Assembly (NCBI GenBank): GCA_965248195.1
Contig: CBDFIQ010000002.1
Coordinates: 416,001-480,000, forward strand
Length of the DNA: 64,000 nt
Reading direction: 5' to 3'
Source of the DNA: Longimicrobiales bacterium
GTDB lineage: Bacteria; Gemmatimonadota; Gemmatimonadetes; Longimicrobiales; Gaopeijiaceae
Both the position numbers and the translations under genes were made by a program. The notes below the pieces were generated by a model, which was given only the letters and a program-made list of their open reading frames with translations, was not told the origin of the DNA and ran no database searches. Positions 10,870 to 19,977 of this stretch are shown one piece after another (position 1 is the first letter of the stretch; each line of letters opens with the position of its first letter).

Positions 10870-11802
10870 GTTCGTTTTCTCTGCCTTCGCCCTACTCTAA
10901 TTCTTTGCGTGCTCCGTGTCTCACGTACGTTGGCAGAGAGGGGCGCGGCCACGGTCTACGAACAAGATGTCGACGTCACGGACATAAACGCCGCGGTCGA
11001 CAGCAGTGTAGTCGCCGTCGTACAGGCGCTAGCGAACATAGGTGCCGGGGTGCGGCTCCCAGACGACGGCATCGCTACGGCAATCCGATCTGTGCGAGCG
11101 AACACGAGGCAGCGGGGACGGGAGCTCGGTGTTCGGTTGGGTCCCGTGATGTACCGTAACGACAGTAACCTCGTCTTTGGAAGCAGCGCTGGGACCTACG
11201 TCGAAGCCTACCTTGCGGTCATGCCCGAATTCCTGTCTTTGGGCCAGCCGGGCGGGAAATATGATGTGGGCTTTGAGTTTCTATACGGTGGCGACATGGG
11301 GGAGGATTACTCCTTTCGCACCGCCTCGATACACTCGTTTTCGGTGAATCTCAAGATGTACATGACACCATGGCGCTACTCTCGGGCAGCCATAAACTTC
11401 GCGCTGGGTGCGGGCGCGGGATTCACCGCTCTGAGATACTCGTTCCAACCGGGCGACCGTCGGTTCATCGGTGACGAGAATTTCCACGACGCGGCGGCCC
11501 GTTTGGCGGTCAACTTCTTTGCAATCGCTTCGATTCCCCTGTTCAAAGCGATAGAAGGGGACGCAGTTGTCCGATGGGCTCCTCCACTGGGTGACCTGCG
11601 ACGGTTCGCTAACGTCCAGGACGAAGGAATCGTGTGGGATACACCACTGGTGGGTCCTCTCGGCGGTGTCTACTTCGCCTTCGGCCTGAAGTATCGATTT
11701 TGAGTAGTCCGCCTTCCCGCTAGTTCCGCCGATCAAATCGATACTGGACTCGTCGCTTAATCGGCTGCTGGAGCAGGTCTAGAAGTTCTCAAGGAGTCTG
11801 AC

Positions 11803-12912
11803 ATGATCGAAGTGACCGCGCCGGAGCGGCGCCCAGGCTCCGTAGGCAAGGTGGTGGCAGTCGTCACGCTACTGGCTCTGGCTCTTTATGTAGTTGCCGG
11901 CTTGTTCTATTTGATCTCCAACAACGACCTCATCGGGAGGGTTGAGGCAGTCGGTGCTTTTGTCGGCGGCGGCGGCGGCCCATTGGCCCTGTTATGGACA
12001 CGCTTGCGTCGCCGACTAGAGCAAGGTCTCGCAGACGAGCGTCGGACAACTTCGGACGCTTTGATGGGACTCCTGGCTACGGAACCGCTGGTGATCGGGT
12101 TCGTGTGGATTTTCCTCTTGGTCGGGGGATCGGTGGCCGCCGTCTACGCGCCGGTTCGGATCATCGTAAACGTGGACACTTCCAACTTACCCGTTGACGA
12201 CAGCCTGGTCCGGGTCGTGACTGAGCCTGGACGGGATGTCTTCGAGCGCATCGATTCTCTACGGTTCCGCAGCCGGGGACGCTATCCACGCGGCGACTCG
12301 ATCGTGCTGCGCGCCTACGCCGGACCGTACGAGGACAGCAGCATCGTGACCATCGAGGGTCTCCAGCTGTTCGCCACTTTCTCAGGACAGGTGGTCGCTC
12401 TCCGGCTGCGCGGTGAGCTTTATCGCCTTACCGTAGAGGCGCCGGCAGCGGCCGTGGTCGTGTTCGACTCTGGTGGAATCACACACCGAAGTCCTCCTCC
12501 TAGCCTTGATGTGGTCGGCGGCACCGTCGTGAGGGTCCGAGTTGAGCAGCCAGGACACGCGACCCGAGACACGGCCATCACCGTGGGTCGAGCCGACACG
12601 AGTGTAACCGTCGAGATGGTGCCACTCGAGGGCGCCATCCGCATTCGATTCGCGGGAAACGCTGCAAGGCAACGGCGAGAAGGTCTTAGTGTGTACGTGC
12701 GTCGCGCGGGATCCGACGCCGCCTTCGACAGAGTCGGGCAGGTGGGTGAGTCAATTCCTTTGGATGCGGGCCGATGGAATGTTCGAGCCTGTCGGTTGAG
12801 GCAGGATGGTTCTCTCTACCGCGGTGAATTAACGGTGCTGGTTGGCCCTGGCGTGGAGTTGGTCATCGATACGATTACGACAAGATCTGAGCGCGGCAGC
12901 TGTGAGGATTAG
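11803..12912 (+). CDS. Membrane protein with PEGA-like beta domains
   Basis: AAGGAG RBS; three N-terminal TM segments; VRVEQPGHATRDTAITV PEGA-like motif. Confidence 0.65.
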   Translation: MIEVTAPERRPGSVGKVVAVVTLLALALYVVAGLFYLISNNDLIGRVEAVGAFVGGGGGPLALLWTRLRRRLEQGLADERRTTSDALMGLLATEPLVIGFVWIFLLVGGSVAAVYAPVRIIVNVDTSNLPVDDSLVRVVTEPGRDVFERIDSLRFRSRGRYPRGDSIVLRAYAGPYEDSSIVTIEGLQLFATFSGQVVALRLRGELYRLTVEAPAAAVVVFDSGGITHRSPPPSLDVVGGTVVRVRVEQPGHATRDTAITVGRADTSVTVEMVPLEGAIRIRFAGNAARQRREGLSVYVRRAGSDAAFDRVGQVGESIPLDAGRWNVRACRLRQDGSLYRGELTVLVGPGVELVIDTITTRSERGSCED

Positions 12913-12964
12913 GAGCGCCGAGTAGAGGTCGGTAATACGGGACTGCTCGGGAGTGGATCAGAAA

Positions 12965-13100
12965 CCTGTAACACAAAACCTGTAACAGCGCCCACGAGCG
13001 CCCGACTCATATCTGATAAGCGTGAGGTCGTAGTTCGAGTCTACCCACGCCCACTTGGTGAAGCGACTGCCCCGCTTGGTCTTACGTGACCGGGCGGGGT
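12965..13100 (+). repeat. att site 2: short left arm + tRNA-Ile 3' fragment (13013-13053) + class A hairpin
   Basis: CCTGTAACACAAAACCTGTAACA, GCGCCCACGAGCG, CTCATAT, then the tRNA 3' copy with 1 deletion and 1 substitution, then the hairpin. Confidence 0.93.
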
Positions 13101-13118
13101 TCTTACTTGATTGCTGCG

Positions 13119-13952
13119 CTAGCTCACGAGCACGGCGAGAACCACGCCGAGAACGGCCAAGGCGATCATCTCAGCGATGCCGCGCTTCTTCTTCGGAACG
13201 AACGGGAGGAGTTTTGCTCCCAGCGCCGCAGCTACCATCGGTGGCGCGGTTTTTACCATATCGGAGTAGGCCCCGGCTCCCGCGCGGACCACTGCATCAT
13301 GCATGAATCCGACCGAGTTGAGTACCGGCAACAGGCTCTGGCTGCTCTTTCTTGTCAATTGCTCCCCGGCCGCAACGGCTGCGATCGCCTTCTCCACGCC
13401 GGCATCTCCTGCAAAGAGTGCGCGATAGAGGATCTCACCGTCCGCACCGATGATGTGAAGTGAGTTGGGCTCGGTGCCGAGCAGACGGTGCAGCGTTCCT
13501 TCGATGTCGTCGACCAGAACCGGCCATCGCACGGAATACACTTCTCGCATGAGTTGGGCATGTTGGACCTTGTCTCGCGAAGTGCGGGGCTGGTCGATCT
13601 CAGCACCCGGATGTGCCTCCCGTACCTGGAGCAGCACAAACTGAACGTCGTCACCGTAGCGTTCCTCGAGTCGGTTCAGATCGGGCATCGAGCTGGCCGT
13701 CGCGGGACAGGTCGTCGAGCCGGTCACCAAAGCGATCGGGCGCCCAGCGGCCAAGGATCGCAGTGAGACTTCTCGTCCGTCGAGATTCAGTAGCGTCGTG
13801 TCCAGCAGCCGGTCACCGGGCGCCAGGGCGGTGCGACTGAACCGCATATCTTGTAGCAAGAGGCCGAGATTGAGATGCTCGAATCGGTAGTCGTTGGCTT
13901 CTCGTGGGGCTTCGCTTGACGCCTCGTGCGAGGCGATGTTGAGGGCGGTCAT
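13119..13952 (-). CDS. Iodothyronine deiodinase-like thioredoxin-fold protein (Cys form)
   Basis: GSTTCP and REAHP motifs; C-terminal TM. Confidence 0.75.
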   Translation of the reverse strand: MTALNIASHEASSEAPREANDYRFEHLNLGLLLQDMRFSRTALAPGDRLLDTTLLNLDGREVSLRSLAAGRPIALVTGSTTCPATASSMPDLNRLEERYGDDVQFVLLQVREAHPGAEIDQPRTSRDKVQHAQLMREVYSVRWPVLVDDIEGTLHRLLGTEPNSLHIIGADGEILYRALFAGDAGVEKAIAAVAAGEQLTRKSSQSLLPVLNSVGFMHDAVVRAGAGAYSDMVKTAPPMVAAALGAKLLPFVPKKKRGIAEMIALAVLGVVLAVLVS

Positions 13953-14070
13953 AGGTCTCTCCTTTCCCAGGGTTGCGGTGACTACTCGGTGTGAGATATG
14001 CGTTTTGCTTCGGAAAAACCTCAGCTTCGTCCAACGCGGCTATCCCCATGCCCTCTCTTCAGGCCGGCGA

Positions 14071-15006
14071 TTAGGCCGCCTCGTCCAGGAACTTGGTCAC
14101 CACCTGCACCAGCTCCTGCGGTTTGTCCATGTGCACGTAGTGGCCGGACTTGTCGATTACCTCCAGCTTGGCGTTTGGCAGCTTTTCCGCAATCTCGTGC
14201 CCCAGCTTGCTGCTGATGAAACGATCGTACTTGCCCCACACCACCAGCACGGGTGTTTGAAGCTCTTGTGCGTGCGGCTCGAAGTACTCCTGGCCCGTGC
14301 GGAAGTTTTGGAAGTACGAAAGAAACGCCTCTTGGGTGCTCTTACTCACACCATCGGATAAGAATTCTCGTCGCACCTCAGCCGGGATGGAGTGCCCCCT
14401 GTAAAATCCTTTGAAGTACGAAATTTTGGCTGTGATGCGCGGAAACCAGCGCACCAGGGCCTTGCCGATGATCGAGCCTTTTTTGGCAAAACTCTTGAGC
14501 TCCCAGGAGGAGTATTGTGGCCGCGGAAACGGAATGCCGTCCATCACCGCCAGCTTGGAGACACGGCTCGGGTGCTCGAGGCCGACCAGTAGCGAAGGGA
14601 GGAGGGCAATGTCGGTGGCCACCAGGCTCGCCTGACGGATCTGAAGCGAGTCCATGAAGTCTACAATCACCTCAGCAAAGCGGCGTGAAGTGTAGTCCTC
14701 GGGCGACGCCAACGGCTCGCTTCCGCCAAAACCAGGCCAATCGACCGCCAGCACGTGGTACTTCTCGGACAGGAGCGGCGCCACAGCGTACCAGCCCTGC
14801 AGATTCTCGGGCACGCCGTGAAGCAGTAGAACCGTCGGGTTTGCCGGGTCCCCCAACTCGGCATAGCGGATGTTGAGATCTTCCTTTTCCAACCGCACGG
14901 TCTTGGTAGCCAGCAGACGGTTCGGTTTTGCAATCGTGTCGCGGCTGTCGGTGTTCAATGGTGTTTTTTCCGATCGAGCTAAGAGTCCGGCGTCACTCGT
15001 GTTCAT
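14071..15006 (-). CDS. Alpha/beta hydrolase (epoxide hydrolase / dehalogenase-like)
   Basis: LLLHGVP, DWPGFGGS, nucleophile Asp in ATDIA, C-terminal GHYVH. Confidence 0.85.
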   Translation of the reverse strand: MNTSDAGLLARSEKTPLNTDSRDTIAKPNRLLATKTVRLEKEDLNIRYAELGDPANPTVLLLHGVPENLQGWYAVAPLLSEKYHVLAVDWPGFGGSEPLASPEDYTSRRFAEVIVDFMDSLQIRQASLVATDIALLPSLLVGLEHPSRVSKLAVMDGIPFPRPQYSSWELKSFAKKGSIIGKALVRWFPRITAKISYFKGFYRGHSIPAEVRREFLSDGVSKSTQEAFLSYFQNFRTGQEYFEPHAQELQTPVLVVWGKYDRFISSKLGHEIAEKLPNAKLEVIDKSGHYVHMDKPQELVQVVTKFLDEAA

Positions 15007-15048
15007 GTTTCCTCTCCTTGGTTTAGGTACTGAGAATTCGAGTACGAT

Positions 15049-15579
15049 TTAGGACGCGAAGATCTCTACCGCACGCCGATAAGAGACAGCTTGCGAGAGA
15101 AATCCAAACAGTACCGGCAAGGCGTAAACCTGAGCTAGCAGCGCCGTGGGTGCCGCACCGATGTCACCGGTACTCAATGACGCCTCAGCCAGGATAAGGG
15201 CCGAATTGATGGTTCCGATAATCAATCCAATCGTCACAGCCCTCGCCGGAATCCCATGTAGAAAGGCGGTCGCGACAAGGCTCTCCGGTGTCCCAGGTAT
15301 GTGCTCTTTTTTGGCATCCACCCAGGCCCGCCGGATAGCCGTGAGTTGCGAGATTGCAATGACTGCGAAAGGGGTCACATAGGCCAAAAGCAGAGGCAAA
15401 ATCTGAATCGTGTCGGATCCGAAGAGCGCGTCGAATTGATTGATCCAGGTCAGTGCACTGCCAATGATCAGAGCGAGGATCGCTGAGCGGCGTAGCACGC
15501 CGCCTGTCAATGGTGCCGACTCAAGGAGACCCCAGCGTTGCCGATTTCCCGAACGCCATGTGCTAATTCCTGCTTTCAT
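15049..15579 (-). CDS. Membrane protein with NrtS-like repeats
   Basis: ALIIGSALTWINQ...LLAYVTPF and second repeat GLIIGTINS...YALPVLF. Confidence 0.55.
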   Translation of the reverse strand: MKAGISTWRSGNRQRWGLLESAPLTGGVLRRSAILALIIGSALTWINQFDALFGSDTIQILPLLLAYVTPFAVIAISQLTAIRRAWVDAKKEHIPGTPESLVATAFLHGIPARAVTIGLIIGTINSALILAEASLSTGDIGAAPTALLAQVYALPVLFGFLSQAVSYRRAVEIFAS

Positions 15580-15600
15580 CTTTCGATATGCTCCAGTAAG

Positions 15601-15612
15601 GTGTATATACAC
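15601..15612. promoter_or_regulatory. Palindromic operator, probably bound by the adjacent MarR
   Basis: GTGTATATACAC, identical to 16097-16108; next to TTGACG on the minus strand. Confidence 0.7.
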
Positions 15613-15630
15613 TTAATCGTCAAAAAAAAC

Positions 15631-16092
15631 TCACCCGTTTTGCACCACGCCAATCGTTTTCTCTAGATCATCCAGAAAGGCTGACCAACGCTTCTGACCA
15701 AGACCGTCGACTAGCCGGGACTGCGCCTCTCGCCAGTAGGGAAGGGCATCTTCGAGCACCGTCTTCCCCTCGTCCGTTAGGCTGACGATGCGTACCCGTT
15801 GATCCTCGTCCTGTTCAATGCGGACCAGTCGCTTCTCAACGAGCGGCTTGAGATTTCGCGTTAACGTCGTACGGTCCATAACAAGGGCGTCTGCCAACCG
15901 CGTCAGTGGTGTATCTCCCAGTCTCGCCAGTGCCGAGATCACGGTGAATTGGGTTACCTGCAGGCCAACCGGCCGCAAGCCGGCGTTATAGACTTGCGTC
16001 ACCGCTCGCGTTGCTTTGCGCAAGTTTGCGATTGTGCAATTCGCTCGATCCAGGGCATTGCGACTCTGATTTAAAGGTTTCTTGGCGGTCAT
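15631..16092 (-). CDS. MarR-family regulator
   Basis: NLRKATRAVTQVY, LADALVMDRTTLTRNLKPL, DQRVRIVSLT. Confidence 0.92.
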   Translation of the reverse strand: MTAKKPLNQSRNALDRANCTIANLRKATRAVTQVYNAGLRPVGLQVTQFTVISALARLGDTPLTRLADALVMDRTTLTRNLKPLVEKRLVRIEQDEDQRVRIVSLTDEGKTVLEDALPYWREAQSRLVDGLGQKRWSAFLDDLEKTIGVVQNG

Positions 16093-16096
16093 GTAC

Positions 16097-16128
16097 GTGT
16101 ATATACACTCTTATGCGTCGCCTGTCAA
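16097..16128 (-). promoter_or_regulatory. marR promoter overlapping the operator, probably leaderless
   Basis: TTGACA (16128-16123), 17 bp, TATATA; ATG follows 7 nt later; no RBS. Confidence 0.6.
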
Positions 16129-16194
16129 GAGGAGGCTGTGGAGGGGAAGCACCACGATCGTCGGGATCGTCCCCTGACCCTTCGCCACTATCAT

Positions 16195-16254
16195 AAGCCC
16201 CGCAAGGTTTTGTGCCCTGCGGGGCTTTTGCTGTAACAAGAAGGGCGTGAGGGC
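16195..16254 (+). repeat. Orphan class B right arm without tRNA core
   Basis: AAGCCCCGCAAGG...CCTGCGGGGCTTTTG CTGTAACAAGAAGGGCGTGAGGGC, matching 30527-30584. Confidence 0.75.
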
Positions 16255-16340
16255 CGCCTGACGAATCGTGCCTCTGCTACGCGACCAATCTGCACACCGC
16301 ACGTGCACTGCGCACCTGCCGGCCTACTGCCACAGCCTTG

Positions 16341-16631
16341 CTACGGATCGCGCCGGTCGGAATGACCGAGGTCCCTCTCTGGGGCGATACGGTCGCGGAT
16401 GAGCTGCTTGAGTTCCTTCAGCTCGGGGAAGCGGCCGCGCTCCTTGCGCGACCATAGTACGTCGCCGTCAGCTCGGACCTCAAAGATCCCGCCAGTTCGT
16501 GGGACGAACACGAGTTGGCCGATATCGGCCTCGAATGTGGTGAGGAGTTCCTGTGCGATCCACGCCGCTCGCATGAGCCAGCGACATTGGGTGCAATAGT
16601 GAATCTCGACTCGGCTCTTCACGGATGACAT
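16341..16631 (-). CDS. SelT/SelW/SelH (Rdx) family protein, Cys form
   Basis: VEIHYCTQCRW...GGIFEVR...LWSRKERGRFPE. Confidence 0.88.
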   Translation of the reverse strand: MSSVKSRVEIHYCTQCRWLMRAAWIAQELLTTFEADIGQLVFVPRTGGIFEVRADGDVLWSRKERGRFPELKELKQLIRDRIAPERDLGHSDRRDP

Positions 16632-16718
16632 CGCACGGGTTCTCCGGCGCCGCACAAGGGATCGCGATTCTGCTGTCTGACCACTATGCCGACCAGCGGC
16701 GTGAGCTGGCGCGCCAAG

Positions 16719-16922
16719 TTATCGATTCCTTCGTGTGGGTCCTTTTGCCCTTTCGATCACGAACTCGGCGAGTGCAGTCCAACGGACTAGAGACGGCTTC
16801 AATTCTTCGAGAATCTCGTTGGCAGTCGTCCCCGTGAAAGGCCCCTTGTGCCGCTTCTTCATCTCGTGGTACGCCGCCACAGCACGATGGACGACGGGTT
16901 GCTCCTCAGGCGTCAAGTCCAT
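16719..16922 (-). CDS. Small hypothetical protein
   Basis: 67-aa ORF only. Confidence 0.3.
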   Translation of the reverse strand: MDLTPEEQPVVHRAVAAYHEMKKRHKGPFTGTTANEILEELKPSLVRWTALAEFVIERAKGPTRRNR

Positions 16923-16978
16923 GACTGTAAACTAACGGTACTCCCCGCTGTCGATGCTGACAGCGACCAGAGTCAAAC

Positions 16979-17623
16979 TCACGTCCACCGGCCCTCGTCA
17001 AGCGAGGCGGAAAAGAAGTCGATCTCACAGCGCATCGCGTAACGGTAGGCCTGTGACACGCTGTGCGTGCCCTCGGCCAGCTGGTCCAGCAGCGACTCGA
17101 GCTCGGCGGCCAGGGCCTCGAACTCTGCGCTCGAGTAGGTCTCGATCCACTCCCGATAAGGATTCTGGGAGTGGTCGCCCAGGGCCAACTCCTGTCCTAA
17201 GTACGCATAGAGCCGCATGCACGGCGTCATTGCTGCCATGATCTCACCTACTTCGGTCGTCCACGCTGTCCGAAGCAAGAAATCGGTATAAGCGCGGGTG
17301 GCTGGATGGGGTCGGACGTTCCCCAGATCGATCGCCAGACTCTCAGCGTAGCCTTCGTGGAGCTTCAGCTCGTCCAGTACGCCGTGCATGAGCCCGTGGA
17401 GCCTCTGTACGACCTGCCGTCTCTCCGCTGCCCGGACGGCGCCCAGGGCGTAGGCGCTGAAAAAGGCCTGCAGGAAGAAAGCGTCCTGGGCCACATAGTG
17501 CTTGAAGACCTCGGGATCCAAGCTGCCGTCTCCCAAGCTGCGGACGAACGGATGGGCCAAACATTCTTCGGCTAGTGCCTGGTTCTCCTGCCATAGGGTC
17601 TTGTGAAGCGGTTCGGCCGACAT
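16979..17623 (-). CDS. tenA: TenA (thiaminase II) family protein
   Basis: HPFV, YVAQDAFFL, AYTDFL, PCMRLY catalytic Cys, YREWIETYS. Confidence 0.88.
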   Translation of the reverse strand: MSAEPLHKTLWQENQALAEECLAHPFVRSLGDGSLDPEVFKHYVAQDAFFLQAFFSAYALGAVRAAERRQVVQRLHGLMHGVLDELKLHEGYAESLAIDLGNVRPHPATRAYTDFLLRTAWTTEVGEIMAAMTPCMRLYAYLGQELALGDHSQNPYREWIETYSSAEFEALAAELESLLDQLAEGTHSVSQAYRYAMRCEIDFFSASLDEGRWT

Positions 17624-17630
17624 GAGCAGT

Positions 17631-18233
17631 TCAGCCTTTCCAGGTCATGCGCCAAAAATCCCGCTCATAGCGCATGACCTCGTTGAACATGGCTTGCTGA
17701 CCTGGATGGGGATGCTCGTCGGCGAGCGTCGACAGGACACGCACGTAGGCTCGGAAGTCCTCATGGGTCCACCGGTCGATAAACTCGGCGTACGGCCCCC
17801 GGACCTCGAGACGACTCCACGCGACCGCATAGGCCACCTCGACGCCATAGAAGAGTGCAAGCAGCACCTGGAACGGCTCGGAGTAGCCCGCAGTGATGAG
17901 AAAGTCGACGTAGCGCTGGCACGCTGGGTGGAGCTCGGCGCCTAGATCGAGGGACCTGGCCTCGGCATGCGCCTCGAACCAGTCGAGCTCGTCGTCGAGG
18001 GCCGAGAGGCCCGCGATCAAGACACTCTGCCCCGGCCTGGGCGTTTTCCCGACAGTCAGGGACGCGAAGCCGGCAAACCCTCTCACGAACAGGTAATCCT
18101 GCACGAGCCAGCGGTTGAACGCATCCTCGGGCAGCGAACCGTCGCCGACGGCGTTCAGGAACTCGGCGCGTGTACCCAGATCCCAGAGTTCGCCTGCGCC
18201 CAGGGCAAGACGCGATTCCGTAAACTCTTTCAA
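17631..18233 (-). CDS. TenA_E-type paralogue
   Basis: [14 protein letters not shown] in place of the Cys motif, ERDFW; GGAGG before TTG. Confidence 0.8.
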   Translation of the reverse strand: MKEFTESRLALGAGELWDLGTRAEFLNAVGDGSLPEDAFNRWLVQDYLFVRGFAGFASLTVGKTPRPGQSVLIAGLSALDDELDWFEAHAEARSLDLGAELHPACQRYVDFLITAGYSEPFQVLLALFYGVEVAYAVAWSRLEVRGPYAEFIDRWTHEDFRAYVRVLSTLADEHPHPGQQAMFNEVMRYERDFWRMTWKG

Positions 18234-18310
18234 CTACAGCCTCCTCCGGATGGACAAAAGGTGGAGACCCGGCCCCGTCCGGACAACGGGTCGATCCCGC
18301 GCGCCTTCGT

Positions 18311-18361
18311 TTGCCCATCGTTAGTTCTAAGGGTATCTTGTTGATAACGAGAATCATTCTT
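18311..18361 (+). promoter_or_regulatory. sufB promoter with Fur/PerR-like box
   Basis: TTGCCC-17-TATCTT; GATAACGAGAATCATTCTT (18343-18361) matches the Fur consensus at 15/19. Confidence 0.7.
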
Positions 18362-18409
18362 GATAGATCCAGCAGGAGCAGGACCAGAAGCAGCAGGAGG
18401 AGGAGGTCC

Positions 18410-19825
18410 ATGCCAGAAAATGAGCTCGTCGAAGGACTCGGTCTCGACGAATACCAGTACGGGTTCGTCGATGAAGAGGCGCACGTCTTCCGGACCAGGC
18501 CCGGCCTGGACGAGGACATCGTCCGACAGATTTCGAAGCACAAGGAAGAGCCCGAGTGGATGCTCGAGTTCCGTCTGAAGGCTCTGAAGGTCTACGAGTC
18601 GAAGCCGATGCCGACGTGGGGTGGGGACCTCTCGGATCTCGAGGCGACGCTCGATGAGATCTACTTCTATGTGAAGCCACAGGACCAGATGGAGCGCTCC
18701 TGGGACGACGTCCCCGAGAACATCAAGAACACGTTCGAGAAGTTGGGCATCCCTGAGGCAGAGCAGAAGCTCCTGGCCGGAGTCGGAGCGCAATACGAGT
18801 CCGAGATGGTATACCACTCCCTCAAGGAGGAGTGGGCTTCCAAGGGCGTGATCTTCGATTCGATCGAAGACGGCCTCAAGAACCATCCAGAGCTCTTCCG
18901 GGAGCATTTCGCGACCGTCATCCCCATTGCGGACAACAAGTTCTCGGCGCTCAACTCGGCGGTCTGGTCGGGGGGGTCGTTCGTCTATGTGCCGAAGGGC
19001 GTAACGCTCGAGACGCCGCTACAGGCGTATTTCCGGGTCAACCAGGAGCGTATGGGACAGTTCGAGCGCACGCTGATCATCATGGATGAGGGCGCTCAGG
19101 CTCACTACATCGAGGGATGCACGGCGCCGGTCTACTCCACCGACTCGTTCCACTCCGGCGTGATCGAGATCGTCCTGAAGAGGGACGCGAGATTCCGGTA
19201 CACGACCATTCAGAACTGGTCGAACAACATGTACAACCTCGTGACTCAACGCGCCGTGGTGAACCAAAACGCGAACATGGAGTGGCTCGACGGCAACCTC
19301 GGCTCGAAGCTCACGATGAAGTATCCGTCGTGCTACCTCGTGGGTGAGGGAGCCCACGGAGAAATCATGTCCATCGCTTATGCCAGCGACGGCCAACACC
19401 AGGACACCGGGGGCAAGGTGGTTCATGTGGCCCCGAACACCACGTCATCGATCATCTCGAAGTCGATCTCGAAGGGCAATGGCCGGTCCACGTATCGCGG
19501 CCTTTGCAAGGTCTACGAGGGTGCGGTCAACGCGCGGTCCAACGTCGAGTGTGATGCGCTTCTCATCAACGATACCTCGCGCACGGATACCTATCCGTAT
19601 ATCGAGATCGAAGAGAAGAACGCGTCGGTGGGACACGAGGCGACCGTCTCCAGGGTGGGCGACGCGCAGCTCTTCTACCTCATGAGCCGCGGGCTGACGC
19701 AAGAGGAGGCCATGGCGCTCATCGTGCGCGGATTCATCGAGCCGATCGCCAAAGAGCTTCCGCTGGAGTACGCCGTCGAGCTCAACCGGCTCATCGAGCT
19801 CGAAATGGAGGGATCGGTCGGCTGA
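18410..19825 (+). CDS. sufB: Fe-S assembly protein SufB
   Basis: [45 protein letters not shown]. Confidence 0.97.
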   Translation: MPENELVEGLGLDEYQYGFVDEEAHVFRTRPGLDEDIVRQISKHKEEPEWMLEFRLKALKVYESKPMPTWGGDLSDLEATLDEIYFYVKPQDQMERSWDDVPENIKNTFEKLGIPEAEQKLLAGVGAQYESEMVYHSLKEEWASKGVIFDSIEDGLKNHPELFREHFATVIPIADNKFSALNSAVWSGGSFVYVPKGVTLETPLQAYFRVNQERMGQFERTLIIMDEGAQAHYIEGCTAPVYSTDSFHSGVIEIVLKRDARFRYTTIQNWSNNMYNLVTQRAVVNQNANMEWLDGNLGSKLTMKYPSCYLVGEGAHGEIMSIAYASDGQHQDTGGKVVHVAPNTTSSIISKSISKGNGRSTYRGLCKVYEGAVNARSNVECDALLINDTSRTDTYPYIEIEEKNASVGHEATVSRVGDAQLFYLMSRGLTQEEAMALIVRGFIEPIAKELPLEYAVELNRLIELEMEGSVG

Positions 19826-19932
19826 TGTCCAACCCTGCTCAAGCAGTGGAGGCGTCGAGCGCGGAGGAAGAGACTCCGAGCTCCCTGGACCAGGGCACGG
19901 TGGAGAGCTTCAGCCGGGGTGCCCTTATCTGA
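19825..19932 (+). pseudogene. 35-aa ORF coupled to sufB (TGATG), possible truncated sufD start
   Basis: Overlaps the sufB stop at the position where sufD usually begins. Confidence 0.35.
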
Positions 19933-19977
19933 TGATCGAAGTTGGTCATTGCTAACGGCCATGAGGCATCTTCGGCA

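Larger units (their letters stand above)
9379..10942 (-). mobile_element. IS3-family insertion sequence
   Basis: orfA + orfB DDE transposase; imperfect IRs TGTCAACGACAATGGGACAC (9383) and rc TGCCAACGTACGTGAGACAC (ends 10935); flanking GCGCGG at 9373 and 10943. Confidence 0.9.
8205..11703 (+). pseudogene. TolB-N/FlgO/CsgG-like protein with C-terminal outer-membrane beta-barrel, split by an IS3 element
   Basis: VGVAPFINLG...YTIQGEFSVVDGGMRIDI motif; ends FAFGLKYRF; removing 9379-10948 restores the frame (PGSAATVY); true start uncertain. Confidence 0.7.

Noticed and set aside
13119..16631. Deiodinase-like and Rdx genes as selenoproteins
   Set aside because: Both have Cys codons at the active site and no in-frame TGA
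18234..18310. TPP riboswitch upstream of the tenA pair
   Set aside because: No CTGAGA or other TPP aptamer core is visible on the minus strand
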